Shown here piece after piece: positions 36,579 to 50,200 of a stretch of 64,000 bases of DNA (position 1 is the first letter of the stretch; each line of letters begins with the position of its first letter). This DNA comes from Paragordius varius (lineage: Eukaryota; Animalia; Nematomorpha). The position numbers were made by a program, and so were the translations under genes. The notes beneath the pieces were generated by a model. The model did not search any database, was not told the DNA's origin, and saw only the letters and a list, made by a program, of their open reading frames with translations. The stretch spans positions 2,666,001 through 2,730,000 of the forward strand of contig OZ176052.1 in NCBI GenBank assembly GCA_964247055.1, written 5' to 3'.

Positions 36579-39500
36579 GCAATCGTAATTTTTTAGAAGA
36601 CAGATAATCACCCAAAACAAACAGAACCCAAAATGACCAGTAATGAAATTCAAAATAAATGGTCCATTAATTCAACTTTATCACATATGTCAAAAAAAGA
36701 CACAGCTTTAAACGATATATTTTCTTCAGATAAATCTCTTACAGATAAAAATATTACAATCAATAATAAAGATAGTAACGATCATTTGTCCGAAGAACTA
36801 GCACACGACTTCATATTGCCACCAATTCAAACAGCTGATGAAGTTATAAAAGAAATTAATCGAATTTTAAAGGTTTTCTATTTTGTTTTATTCACTGATA
36901 TTCTTAAACAAATTCTGAGAGAATATTTTTGATTATTTACAATTAGAAGGTTTAAAATGTTGAAAATTTTTGTTTCAGCACTATGACTTCAATCTAATTT
37001 AATTTACAATTAAGGGGGTCAAAGCGCTTTTTATTGTAAGGCGGAAACATTAACATAAGGTCATTACCATAAATACATTTATATAAATTGTCAAAAATTA
37101 CCATATTACATTCATTTATCATATAATTTATATGTATGTATGTATTTAAAACTTTTATTTTTGCAGGTTAAGAACAATATTTTGAAAAATATTTTGGTTC
37201 ATAGCTACAATTTTCTTAATGGCAAAAATGGGAAAATATTTATAACAGAAAAATTTTGTATCGATTTATTTGGTGTGATATTTATCTTTATTGCTTAAGA
37301 GCTATTATTTTTTCTAAAATAATTCCTAAAAAAGCGATCAATATTTTTCTTATGAGACATACGCAACACGACACGTGTATAAATTTAGCAATCTAAATGT
37401 CATAATTGTAATGTGTTAATATCCCCTATTTTTGCATTTTTTTCTATAAAAATTAAACATAATTGATTTTTGGGGTCGAATATATGAAAAATGGATTTTT
37501 TAGTAGGCAATACTGTTTCAGATGTTCCCAAATCTTATTATTAAAAATGTTCAGGATATTAGAATTTTTGTGTGTACTTAGAAGTGCTAATAAAAAAGGG
37601 ACTTTTTTTGTAATTAACCATATATATATATATACAGAGTGCATATGTATGTAATATCGATTTTTACACCAATAGAAATTATGTAGTATATGTACAATGT
37701 GTTAAACAGAATATAAAAGACTTTCCTGCTTTTACATACAACAAATTAATTTTTTATGTTATCTTGGGAATGAGGAAAAAATCCAATATTTCAAGTGTTA
37801 AAATATTTATTTGTCACAATGTAGTGCTATTTCGATTTTTTGTTTTGTTTTTGTAAGTTCCTAGACTTTAAGGATTTTTTGTAATTTATCACCGTATATC
37901 CAATTATAAACTTGTTGTTTTGTTATCCAGCTTTTGTAATTAAAATGGAAAGTGTCCAATTAACGAACGTAAAATATTGAATAAACCTTTTTATCTAATA
38001 AATTACGATTTTACCCTTGGGGCCGATGTTAAAGATAGGTGTATGTTAGCAGAATTCTCTTAGTGCAAATTAACACTTTACCATTTGTGCGGCCCGTGGA
38101 AAGTTTACATAAAATACGCAATATAAAATTGCAATTTTTCGACAATTAATAGCAAAAATATAAAAAATTTAAGATTTTTGGCCGATTTAAAAGAGTACCT
38201 ATCGTTATTTTATTAAGAGCATCCATTATAGGGTGTGAAATTATTATTTTGTACCTTTTATAAAAAGAGGGTTTTACACCACATTGTACCCTTTTATATA
38301 AGAACAGACTTTATATTGTTTAAAAATATTCAGCATTTTTTGCTGTTTTAAAATCCCTGCTAAAACATTATGGACAAACATTGTTAAAATGACCTAAATT
38401 TTAAAAGAAACTATAAATTGTCTTCAAAAGTTAAAAGTATGTCGGCTTACAAGAATTGAATTTTTATATTAATATGACTTTACAAATTTCGGCAATAAAA
38501 TAGTCACTTAAAAGGGAGGTAAAGTAAATTTTAGTGCTTGAATAGTATTTTGAAAAAAAAAGTCTTTAATTTTTAATATATATTATTGATGCCAATGTGT
38601 GTATAATTTTATGCGGCCCTCGGATCTTTTCAGTCGAAATTATAGCCCATGAAGCCATTTGTGTTGGTAACTCCTGTTTTAGCGTTATAGAAGTCAGAAA
38701 TTTTAAAGAATTGGTTTAATTTTTATATATTATTGAAAAGTAGATGATATATAATCTTATGTGAAAATTAAATTAAAAATAACTGAAAACATAATGTGTG
38801 TGTCAAACATTTTGTCAATGGTACAAATACAATATGACAATTTTTTCTAGTTTGTTGCCAATTGGATAGACTTATTCAGAATATTAGTTTATACCATTTT
38901 ACTAACATTTTCTGAGAATTATTTGCGAATTACAGATTATAATTTCTTCAAAGCCACGTCGAAACCCCTGATATATATATTTTATATATATATATAAACG
39001 CACTTTTACTTATAATAAAATTTTTAATCACAATACATTTTGAAAACAAAAATCACAAATTTAGGACAGTCCATCCTCATCAATTTCTCATGATAGTGGT
39101 GTCACACACGAAATGTTTGGGAGTTTTCAAACCAATCCTTCCGCCCCAAATGAAAATGAATCTTCAACAACTTTTTCAGCTAATACGACACGGTTTAGTT
39201 CATTTCATGAGGCTTGTATTACTTCGTATGATAAGACAGGTACTTCTATGGAATTTATTTTTCGAAAAATTCTGAATATATAAATGGGGGTTTTTATAAT
39301 TTTTTAGTAACTTTTTTTATATTTTAATGCGAGGTTCAACACAAATTGTGTAGAACCCATTATATTAAGCCTCAATGAGTTACTATAAGTTTTTGTTACG
39401 CGCAATTAAGCACTTGCTTTTTAACGTTTTTTTTCTTAAAATATAATTGCACACATTTTGATTTTAATGTCACTTTTTTTTGCAGTACAAAGACTTTGTA

Positions 39501-42500
39501 TTTATACGTTTTCGGTGTTTTTATGTGTCCATTAACGTAATTTCTTTTTGGCCTTTGACATAACTAGCTAGGGAGGTGAAATTTTAATGAACCGTATTGT
39601 AATTCTTTTCTTTTATTTCCCTTTCTAATTTTATTTTTCTTCCTTGCGCACATTCGTAAGCTTTTAATCTGACAAAAATAAATCTTTTATAATTTAGCCA
39701 TACATTAATTATATTTGACATATTTATCGGAAATTTTTAATACTATCTTATTATATAAATTATAATTTTGTTATTAACGAATTTTTTATTTTTGTACAAT
39801 TAAATTTAGTGCTTTTTTGCAATATATAATAAAGTAAAGAAAAGATAATTAGATTGTGATATCAATCAAATCATCCTTGTTTTTCAGACAATATGTTATT
39901 TTTTCTGGGTTTTAGATAAAAATAATTTTATATATATAAATTTTGGATATAATTCTTAAAAAAGCGTTCAATTTACTTTAAATTATTACTGTTATACCAT
40001 TCAAGCTGTTGAATATTTTAAGGAAATATACTTGTCTGCTCAAAGTCAATCTTTTCTGCGCAATTTTTTTATCTTACATTTTATTATTGAAATTGAAATT
40101 GATTGGGGTAATGTGAGAATAAAAAAATACGTTGATAAAAAATTTATTCTATTGACACACCTTTCCTGTGTTTTTGGCCACATTTTAAAATAACCAATTT
40201 AAATCTGTAAATATCTCGTTATATGAACATATGAAAACTGGTAAAAAATTTACAGTAAAACCAGAAATTATACGGACAAAGCGTGAAAATGTAAAGACAA
40301 TATGTTTTTCTAAAAGACAACCATACTTTTTAATCATGATATTTTTTCAATATAACTCATTGTTTTGAATGGAAAAGTGTGAAATAGAGATATATAGAAC
40401 TAATACAATCAATTCTATTTTATAATTGTAACTAAAAATAGAGAATATGAGAAAAATAAGGTTTTAAAATATGGTTGTTTAGATAAAAATATTTGTCTTT
40501 ATATTTTTACGTTTTTTCCGTATAATTTCAATTTCTACTGTACTTTGTGCAAAAAATCCGAAATTTTTAATCGTTATTATTTTTGTCATCTATTAAATGT
40601 TAACACAATTAAAAGTAAATGATTTTTAAAACTCTTTAATTAGCCATATATGTGTTTGCGTTTGTGTCAAAGATTGTCCACGTAAAGTGCATTTATAAGC
40701 GACCATTACAGTAAAAATTTAAAATATTAAGACAAAACATAAAAAGTAAAAACCATTATTTTTAATAAGGATACTACCATCTTTTTTTTGTAAAAAACCT
40801 ATAACAATTAGGTTATGTAAGATTTTTATATTTTCTCTTTATAATTTTGCTTATTTTACATTTTGACTAGGTGAATTAAAGTTTGTTTAACACATATATA
40901 TGTTTCATTATGTATTGTAAATATACTACAGTGTTGGAACAATGTGTTGATGTCGAACGGTTAGAAAGTATTCATGAAACATTGTCAACTGCAGTATCTG
41001 AACGCTCGGAAGTTTTGATAGCAAATTTAGCCCTACGAGATGAATTGGAATATGAAAAAGAGCTTATAAACACATTCATTTCATTGGTGGTTACGATTCA
41101 AAATAAGAAACAACGATATTTACGGGATTTGAAACAAGCTATGGCTAGGCGAAAACCTGCAGTCTACCATTTTGGAAATGATGAAGAATATAGTAAAGAA
41201 AACACGGTAAAAGAAAGGTAGGCGGTTTCGACTTATTTGATTGAGCTTAAATTATTGAAATTTTAATCTATAGGGATGTATGTACTCTTTAGATTTATAA
41301 TGTAAAATTTTTGTAAAAAATTTGTTAATATTTTGGGCGCTTAATTGATGATTCATTATTATTAATAGGATTTAAAATCTTTACATTTTAGAGCAGTTAA
41401 TTTTTATAATAATTTTTGCCTAAATCTAATTTTGAAACATTAATAATTCGATATTAAATTGCATTTCTATCTCTTTTATGCTATATTTATTAATTAGCAA
41501 TCCTCGCTCAGGCCTAAATTTACTAAATTTTTCTTCGGAGACGCGTCGCAAACTTTTATCACCCCTGACTTCACCTATGGTAGGATCTATTGTGAATAAA
41601 CTCCAAAATTTTATGAATTCTGCCACTGGCCATAATAGTCCTGGTCAATCGAACCCTAACACAACTTTTGCACTTTCAAAAAGTTTTTTAGATAATTTTT
41701 TGTCAAACTCACCGTCATCTTCAGTATCTATTGACTCCTCTGCTGTTAAAAACACAGGAAATATTACTAACTCTGATTATAAATCTAAAAATTATGATGA
41801 TATTTTAACATCATATAATACTAGTCAAATAGAAATTACAGGCAAGACTCAAATTACAAATGGTCATATTAATTTTGAATGTTCGAAAGAACAATTATTT
41901 AACAGGCCAACCATGTTACAAGGTGTAGGAAACGAACGAAATGTAAAAAATGCCGATAATACTACAGAACAATATAGAAATGGTACAGGAATACATTCAA
42001 ATGAGGTAATTTTTACGTGTTTTATTTATTTTTTATAATAATCAATGTCTACAATCGGAACCAGAGTAAATTTTTTAGAGTAAAAATTGACATTATACGA
42101 ACAAAACGTTATAATATATATATATATATATATTTTTTTCTAAAATACAACCATACTTTTTAAATCTTCATTTTTCTGAATAATAACACATTGTTTCAAC
42201 TATAAAGTATTGAATAGAGATGTATATTAGTAACAATCAATTACATATTTTACGAATATTATTAAATGCCTATAATAGGATATTGAAAAAGTATGGTTGT
42301 CTTTCGAAAAAAATTTGTCCTTGATTTTACGTTTTGTCTGTATAATTTAATTTTTTCCAAAAAACAGGGACCGCAGTTCTAAAAAATGATTTTATTATAA
42401 TGTTAAACTTTTTTTTACTATTGTTTTTTATTTTATTGGTAATAAATGTAATTTTTTTCAAGCAAAAAATAAATTTGCTTTTATTTGTTAATATATGTAT

Positions 42501-44825
42501 ACGTTGTGCTAAAATAAATTGGCATTGGTAATTTATAAAATAAGAACCGAATAATATAGCATATAACCAAAAATAATGAATCCCTAATCAAAAAAGTTCC
42601 CTTTCGAATTTCTAAAATTTGGGTAATATAATCATTTATGGTTAATCAAGAAATAATTTCTTTAAATTACTTTGAATTCCATAACATTTGTGTTTTATAT
42701 TTCCAGTCATCACCAGAAATGTGTTTTAAAGGCAACAAAAATCGTAGTTTGGAATCATTTAATTCACCAACCATGCCTATGTGCAATAAAATGGAAACAC
42801 TTGTGGATAGTGGTCAAGGACAGATTATATCAAATACGGACTTGAATGATAAAAATTATATTTACAATAATTTGTACGATAATAAATCTGATAATTTCAA
42901 TAATTTTAAAGAAAATATTGAAAAGAATGGTTGTAATGAGCAAACTCCTATATTGGAAAACAACGATCAAAATTCTTTTACACCCTTAAGTACAACGTCA
43001 GTCTCATCTTTATCGTTTAAATCGATGTCTAATTACCATTATAATACCAATGATAATAATAACTTTTTAAATTGCAATATAACTGAAACTGTACCAGTCT
43101 CTGACTCTTTTAACAATAAAAATGAAATTAATGATAGAGCAAGTATGGATACAAAGATGCAAACAAAATCTTATTTACCTCAAACATTAATGAATAATAA
43201 TGTTAAAAAGAGTAAAAATAATTTATCACTGCTAAAAAGCAAAAAGAGCTTTCAAAGGGATGAAAGCGATAGTCTTATTTTGTCTTCAAGCACATCGCCA
43301 GAGTTTTCCGATGAATTTGAAAAAGAGCGGGTAACTTTATATTTTTTAATTAGCGTTTTTTCATATGGTAAACAGTTTATATCGGGTTTTTGAATTGAGA
43401 TATTGTTTTGATATATTTCAATTACACTAAACTTAGTAATTAGTTTTATATAGGGTTTATTTAAAAGATATTCTTTTTACAATTACGATTATAAATTTAT
43501 CTAGTAGACTTAAAATACTCCATATTTTTACTTATTCGAAATTTTAACACCAATAATATTTTACTTGAGATACTGAGATATTTAAAATTTTTATTGCCAA
43601 AAAATTTGTTAATGTCAATGATTTTTTAGTATTTAACTACCATCATTCCATACGATTTTGACATAGGACCACCCAATATACCAATCTTACAAAGGCTCAT
43701 TAAAAGTATTTTTATATATTTTTTATAGTTAAAAATTTTTTTGTTATTTCAAACGTAATTAATTTCCTATTTAATATATGATTAGTTTTAAATGCCATGG
43801 TGGACGGAAGTAACCAAATCCCCACTTTATTGACAGATTATATTCTTACAGGTAAAATATTTTATTGTAGATTCATTGATATCTAAATAAATGGTTTTTA
43901 TTCATATAAAATATTAACCTTTGATACAGTTTAAACCACGCCCCACAAGGAGGACGTGGAAAAATCTAGGGAGGGGGGGGGGGGCGAAAAATTTAGAGAA
44001 TTTTATAAAAAAAATAAAATTGGAAATGAATTGAAGATTAATGGCGATCTCTCTCAGGTGCAAATTATCAAGACTTAGGAAAAAATATTTTAACAATTGC
44101 ACAGATATATGAACCTCGCACAATAGCTCAATTATACACCAAAGCGATTCAACCGGTGAACGTATGGGAAACATGGACACTGACAAACACGCTCAACGCT
44201 AAGTTACTTCAATCAGAATGTAGAATTTTAAATACAATATTATATTTGCGCGACCCCAAGCAATTTAATTACACAACGAACCATGACCCCCACACTGTCC
44301 TAAAAATAAAATTAATAGCTGATATCATCCATATGGGTAGGCTAAGATGGGCGGGTCACATATATCGCAGAGATCCGTCCCACATACTAAAAACCATGTT
44401 ACATTCAATGTGGACACCGGATCTAAAGCGGGCAGACCCTACAACACATACCTGCAAACAATTCAAGAGGATCTAGCTCAACACAAATTAGATATAAACT
44501 TAGGTTATAATAGAACGTTCGTTATGGAGAAAACAAGTACAAGAGACGTTCCTTTTGGGACAACCTCTTCAATAAACAACAAATTTTGCATTTTTATCTT
44601 TGTTTTTTTCGAGGAAGGAGGGAAGGGTGCAAAAATTATTTTTCAATTTGGTGGGGCACGAACAAAAAAGGTTGAAAACCACTGGTTTAAACAGAAAACA
44701 AACATTTCTTTATAATAGTACAATTTGCATATTGTGTTTATTTTAAAGTTTTTTCAATTCATAATTTTTTTAAAAAATACATATATAATTGTCTTTATTT
44801 AGTTATATGTCCACAAGAAAAATGA
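36149..44825 (+). CDS. unc-76: Fasciculation and elongation protein zeta (FEZ1/FEZ2/UNC-76) homolog, ~792 aa
   Basis: Exons 36149-36396, 36422-36518, 36597-36872, 39065-39239, 40932-41217, 41498-42005, 42707-43330, 43630-43705, 43786-43851, 44803-44825, all GT-AG and in phase. Family motifs: SLEDLVNSFDKKV, WWTLTGNYG...PIDW, QTADEVIKEI, LALRDELEYEKEL.NTFISL...IQNK, YLTTIIPY, IPTLLTDYILTVICP. Confidence 0.93.
40253..40540. mobile_element. TA-flanked Tc1/mariner-type MITE
   Basis: TA|CAGTAAAA...AATTATACGGA inverted at ...TCCGTATAATT...TACTG|TA; related copies at ~42050-42360 and 45271-46589. Confidence 0.75.
43937..44684 (-). mobile_element. hAT (Charlie-like) MITE, TSD GTTTAAAC, interrupted by a LINE fragment
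   Basis: TSD at 43929-43936 and 44685-44692; minus strand starts CAGTGGTTTTCAACC; homologous to 17930-18230. Confidence 0.8.
44120..44580 (+). mobile_element. 5'-truncated RTE-type LINE (RT C-terminus)
   Basis: ETWTL...ECRIL..I, I...RLRWAGHI.R and (frameshifted) GSKAGRP....QTIQEDL are characteristic of the end of RTE-clade ORF2; an A-rich tail follows. Confidence 0.8.
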
Positions 44826-45270
44826 TGTTTGCGAATATTAACCGCGTCATTCTTGCGATCACGGGAAAATAGATACACGATCATTTAATCCATTTCTTTT
44901 TTTATATTTATCTATTCTATGCATTTTTAAAATTTGCGAATCTATAATCCAAATATTAGTTGCTGCACACCAATAATTCTCCTTTCATTTATATGATGTA
45001 TTAATCAAACTTATCTTATTGTTCAAAACGACAATTATATTGCACTAAATAATGCCATTTATTAAAATTTTAATATAATTACGACAAATTTTGTGCGTGC
45101 AATAATACTTTTTAAAAAATCCATACACCATCAAGTCATCCCATTACTTTATTGTAATTATATTTGCATTTACTCGGTTAATAGTATTGAATCTTCCCAC
45201 CTTTTACATAAACACCTTTTTTTGCGGCTTAATAAATGCTTAATATTTTATGTCTATTTTTGGTTAATTA

Positions 45271-46589
45271 CAGTAAAAATTAAAATTATACGGACAAAAC
45301 GTAAAAATATAAAGACATATTTTTTCTAAAAGACAGACATGCTTTTTCAAACCTTAATATTTCCTATATAAGCTATTTAATTACGATTGTAATATATAAA
45401 ATTGATTTTGTATATATATATCTCGTGCTGCTACGCAGCACGAGGAAGTCCTTCGGACTTCTGGGGAGGGGTGGCTATTTGAAATAAGGGACAATAAATC
45501 CACATATGTGGATTATTTCGAAACATTATTTAAATATGATATAGGAATTTTAAAACGGTGCATTCATACTAATATATTATTTACTTGGGGGAAAAATAAA
45601 TTTAAAAAATTATTTTTGTGGATTTTGTTTTTTGAAAAAATGGCATTTTACGGGGGGAGCGGGTAAAAAAGGGCCTAAATCAAAAAAGTGACTCGACTAT
45701 GTTCGGCGCAATCGAAAATAAGTAAACAAAAATCATATTTGAAATTGAATGGTCCAACACGTTCTCCAAAAAATTGACTTAACCCGTTTTTCACAAGGGG
45801 CGGGCCCCAACTGGGGGCCTATTTCAAAAAAAGGGCGAAGCTATTGTCGGGGCATTCATTGATGATTATATTTTTTCAATATTTGGATTTGATTGGGTTC
45901 ACCGGTTTTCCGGAAACAGATCACAAAGTTACATGAGGAATCAGTTTTTAGCGGGTAGCTCCTCACCCACCAGCTATCATCAAAGAAACGCATGACTAAA
46001 ATTTTTTGCCTTTTAACAGGGAATACGTGGAATCCATATTAAATTTTTACGGTCTCATACCCAGGGCGAAAAATTGATTTAAAAAATTATTTTTGTGGAC
46101 TGTTTTTTGAAAAAGGTGGCATTTTACGGGGGGAGCGGGTAAAAAGAGGGCCTAAATCAAAAAAGTGACTCGACTATGTTCGGCGCAATCGAAAATAAGT
46201 AATATTTGAAATTGAATGGTCCAACACGTTTTCCGGAAAGTTGTCTCAAAGACACGATTTTTGTGGACTTCTGTTTTCAAAAAAAAACCGTTTTTCACAC
46301 GGGGCGGGCCCGAACTGGGGGCCTATTTCAAAAAAAGGGCGAAGCTATTGTCGGGGCATTCATTAATGATTATATTTTTTCGAAGTTTGGATTTGATTGG
46401 GTCTACCAGTTTTCCTGCACCAGATCACAAAGCCAGCATTTTCCATTTTTATAAATATATAGATTTCACACTTTACAATATTATATAATGAGTTATAGTA
46501 AAAAAATCAAGATTTTAATAGTATGGTTTTCTGAAAAAATATTTGTCTTTATATTTTACGTTTTGTCCGTATAATTTCAATTTTTACTG
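45271..46589. mobile_element. Tc1/mariner-type MITE split by a Helitron
   Basis: TA|CAGTAAAAATTAAAATTATACGGACAAAACG at 45271 and its inverted match ending at 46589. Confidence 0.75.
45420..46463 (-). mobile_element. Non-autonomous Helitron, second copy (internal deletion plus ~340-bp direct duplication)
   Basis: Same A|TCTATAT 5' end (46463) and same double hairpin (45420-45461) as 8802-10281; ~45590-45920 repeats at ~46070-46430. The terminal CTRR was not seen. Confidence 0.75.
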
Positions 46590-47266
46590 TATATATTACC
46601 TCAACTTATTAGGAGTTAAAAAAATATTTAAATTGGTAAGGAAGATAAGGCAATACACGGTTTATAATATCCAATTTTCAACACTTTTTAGTTTTTATCT
46701 TAATGCTAATTTAACTAAAGAAACCAAACTATCAATGCAACAGTTGATAGCCATCACACCTACCCGTACAATATGGCGTAACTACAATTACGAAATAGCG
46801 ACAAATCGACCCCGATCTTAGCATTAATTTAATTATAAATATATCCTTTAAGAATGCAACATATAAATTTAAACCCAAAAAACCAATATAATTAGTAATG
46901 TAATCAAGGATTACTTAAATTAAATTATACAATAATTTATTTTCTAGAAGTGGAAGGAATACACAATTGAAATGTAGGTTGCTCATTCATTCATATTTGA
47001 TTGGGCATACATAAAAAATTCATTTTTTTTTCAAAAAAAACTAATGCTATGTATAATGATTGACTCTATTGACATTTTTATTGTGGTATAATTCACCCAA
47101 CAGTTTGGGAAAATATTTAAAATAAATGGTCCAATTTAATATGGCTAATATATTTGTGCTTTATTTTGCTGTAAGATATATATGATTTTAAAATAGCGTT
47201 TTTTTACCATTGATTAATAAACTACAATACAAAGTGGATCAGGCCAAAAATTGTATTGCCATATAT

Positions 47267-50200
47267 CTATAAATCGTCCATAAGTTGTTCATTATCTTCG
47301 AATTCGGTGTCGGAATCTAAACAAAATTAAATAAGTATTAGAAAAATATCGTATCAGTATTAAAACTAAAAATGTTGATTAAAAAATATAAATTATTTTT
47401 AATATAACCAAGTTAACATTGGTAAATAATTTATATATTCTAAAAAAATATGTGGGCAAACAAATACTTTATTATATTTTAAAAGACTGTACAAATAATT
47501 ATTTATATTAATAATTTGTGGAGAAAACTTAATTGGAAATTTTTTTTAAAAAAATCAATTCTATTTAGATTATGAAAAATTTTGATTTAAGATTTTTCGC
47601 GAGCAGCAAAAATATTTTTGAAAGCCGCATATGATGGACATTCATCTAACAACCTAATAATACTGATTGGCAATCTATAATTTTTTCGTAGTGACACAAA
47701 TTTAAATAATTTATGATTTCGCGCGATTTTATGCCATATTTTCATTTATCAATACTTTAATAATAAAATATTTACCTTCATAATAAACAAATGCATCTTG
47801 ATTATCTAAATTGGGTGAATGTTGGCCATGTAACGCATCTTCCTGGGCACGAAGGAACATCTAAAAAGGGTTTGTAGGTAATATAAACAATTCAAAAAAA
47901 ATAGGTTTCATTTTCATAATTTTAGTTAAAAAAGTTGAGTTTTTGGCTCCATTTTTTGAATTCCCAAATTATTTTAATACAATATGAAAAAATAGAAAAA
48001 TATATAAAAACAGCATAATTTCATTGAGTGTAATACTATATAAAAAAAGATTATAAAAATTTTATATTTAACGTTTTTTAATGTACAAAACAATACAGCT
48101 ATGGGTTTTCGGTTCCAATTCCTGATAAAACTACATAAAAGAAAATTAATAATTTGCGCGACAAAATAGGAATATAAACCTGAGTTTTAACATAATCTAT
48201 GTTTCCTTTTAGTTGCAAACGTTTGTGTGTATTTAGGATACGTTGAGATAAAAGATCTTGCATAGCAAACATTAAAGCACCCAATTTAGGATTCTAATTA
48301 ATAAAAAATATTAACAATTAATCTATCACATTATAAAACAGAACATAATGTTTTAAGGTTAGGACAAATTTTTTTATTACCGATTCAATAAAACTCGTGT
48401 GAAATTGTAGTATGGCATCTAACCAGGTCAAAGAGATCATCATCCTATATGATGAAAAAAATGTATTTCGTATTAATTTTTACCAAAATTAGGATAGAAA
48501 AGTTAAAAAATTTCCTAATAAACAATAGTAAGCAGATAAACTAAATTTAATGATGTTTGGTATACGCTAATACTTATAAATTTAAATTTAATGAAAACAT
48601 GTCAAATTTTTAATCAAAAGTCAATTCACCCAAAAATTGGGAACATTTGTAAAATAAAACATTTTGAGATTCAATATTTTAACTAAAATTGAGCACAAAT
48701 AGGTTTGTTTCTATAAAAATATAATAAAAATAAGTAAAAATACTCGTTAGTGTGAGCATATGTCATGGAAGAACCCAATTGTCTCATAAATATATTTAAC
48801 ATGGCAGGAGGGAAATTTCGCATAGTTTCTCGAACAATATGTTCTTTCCGTCCATTTATGAGGATTATGTGCTAAAATTTGAAAATAAATTAAATAAAAA
48901 ATATCAATTTTTAGCATAAAAACACTTTTACTTTTTGGCAAAAAGCATAATAAAAAAAATTATATCATATATTAATTGGTTGTAGATATATAAAACGCAG
49001 AAAACAAAAATAAATATACCATTTCCACTTCAAAAGTGTCCTTGAACAATTCAAGTTGGTCCTTGAACAGTTCAAGTTGGTCCTTGATCACTTCAAGTTG
49101 GTCTTTTAAATTTAAAAATTTTAATTTAACCATAATTTTTGCATTTATTTTTTTATTTTATTATTTATTAACCTAATTTTCTTTATTTATTATATATTTA
49201 TTCATTTAAAAATAAAATTTTTTATTTAAACACCTATTTTTTGTTTAAAACTATTTTTTTTCAATTGAACAAAATTATTGACTTTTAAATGTTTTTAATG
49301 AAAAATTTTAATTAATACTTATATATCTTTTCATTTCGTGTTAAAATCTTATAAATATCCAAAATTATTTTTAGAAATTAATAAAGATATACGGTTTCTC
49401 AAAGAGTAAAAGTTGATATCGATTTAAAATTTATGTTAAATAATAGAAAATAGGTTAAAAACAATAAAATAGATGAATTATTTAGGATTTGATTGATAAA
49501 AGTTAAAAACAAAACATAAAAGTCAAAAGACCAACTTGAATTGTTAAAGGACCAACTTGAAATGTTCAAGGAACAACTTGAACTGTTCAAGGACCAACTT
49601 GAATTGTTCAAGGACGAACTGAAGTGTTCAAGGACACTCTTGAAGTGCAAATGGTATATTTTGCATAAAACACCAATAATGTTCATACTTTTCGCCTAAA
49701 ATTTAACATTCTTAAATGAGTTAAGAAAACTTTTGAATTTAATAACCATAAATTTTTATAAAAAAGGCTTAAATTCAACACAGATTTACCGTAAATTTTT
49801 GTAAATCACCGGATTTTAAAGCTTGGTCTAACACCGTAATCACAGTATTTGCTTGGGGGATTACGTTTTGACTTTTAACAGAATTGGTCAACTTTTTTAA
49901 GGGTTGTTTTAAGGTTTCGTTGGTTAAAAACCCATGATTCGTAGAATTATTTAAAATGGCAGAAGGGATTATATTATTTGAACCCTTTGTACTTTCATTA
50001 TTTTGTTGATTGACTTTGGAAGTCTGTGTGATCATATTTTGTTTTTTCTCCTGTAAAATTTGTTTAACACGCAGACTTAGACTAGTTTGATTAGCAGATG
50101 TAGTATGGGATTGATTACTAATTTTACTTAAAGTTTGTAATTTTTTGGGTGAAATAATGGATGTTTGGGTATGTTCCAATTTTGATTCTTCTATGTGATA

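Noticed and set aside
49399-49686. ORF with SSWSLN repeats
   Set aside because: Translation of the 21-bp foldback array inside a WDR43 intron.
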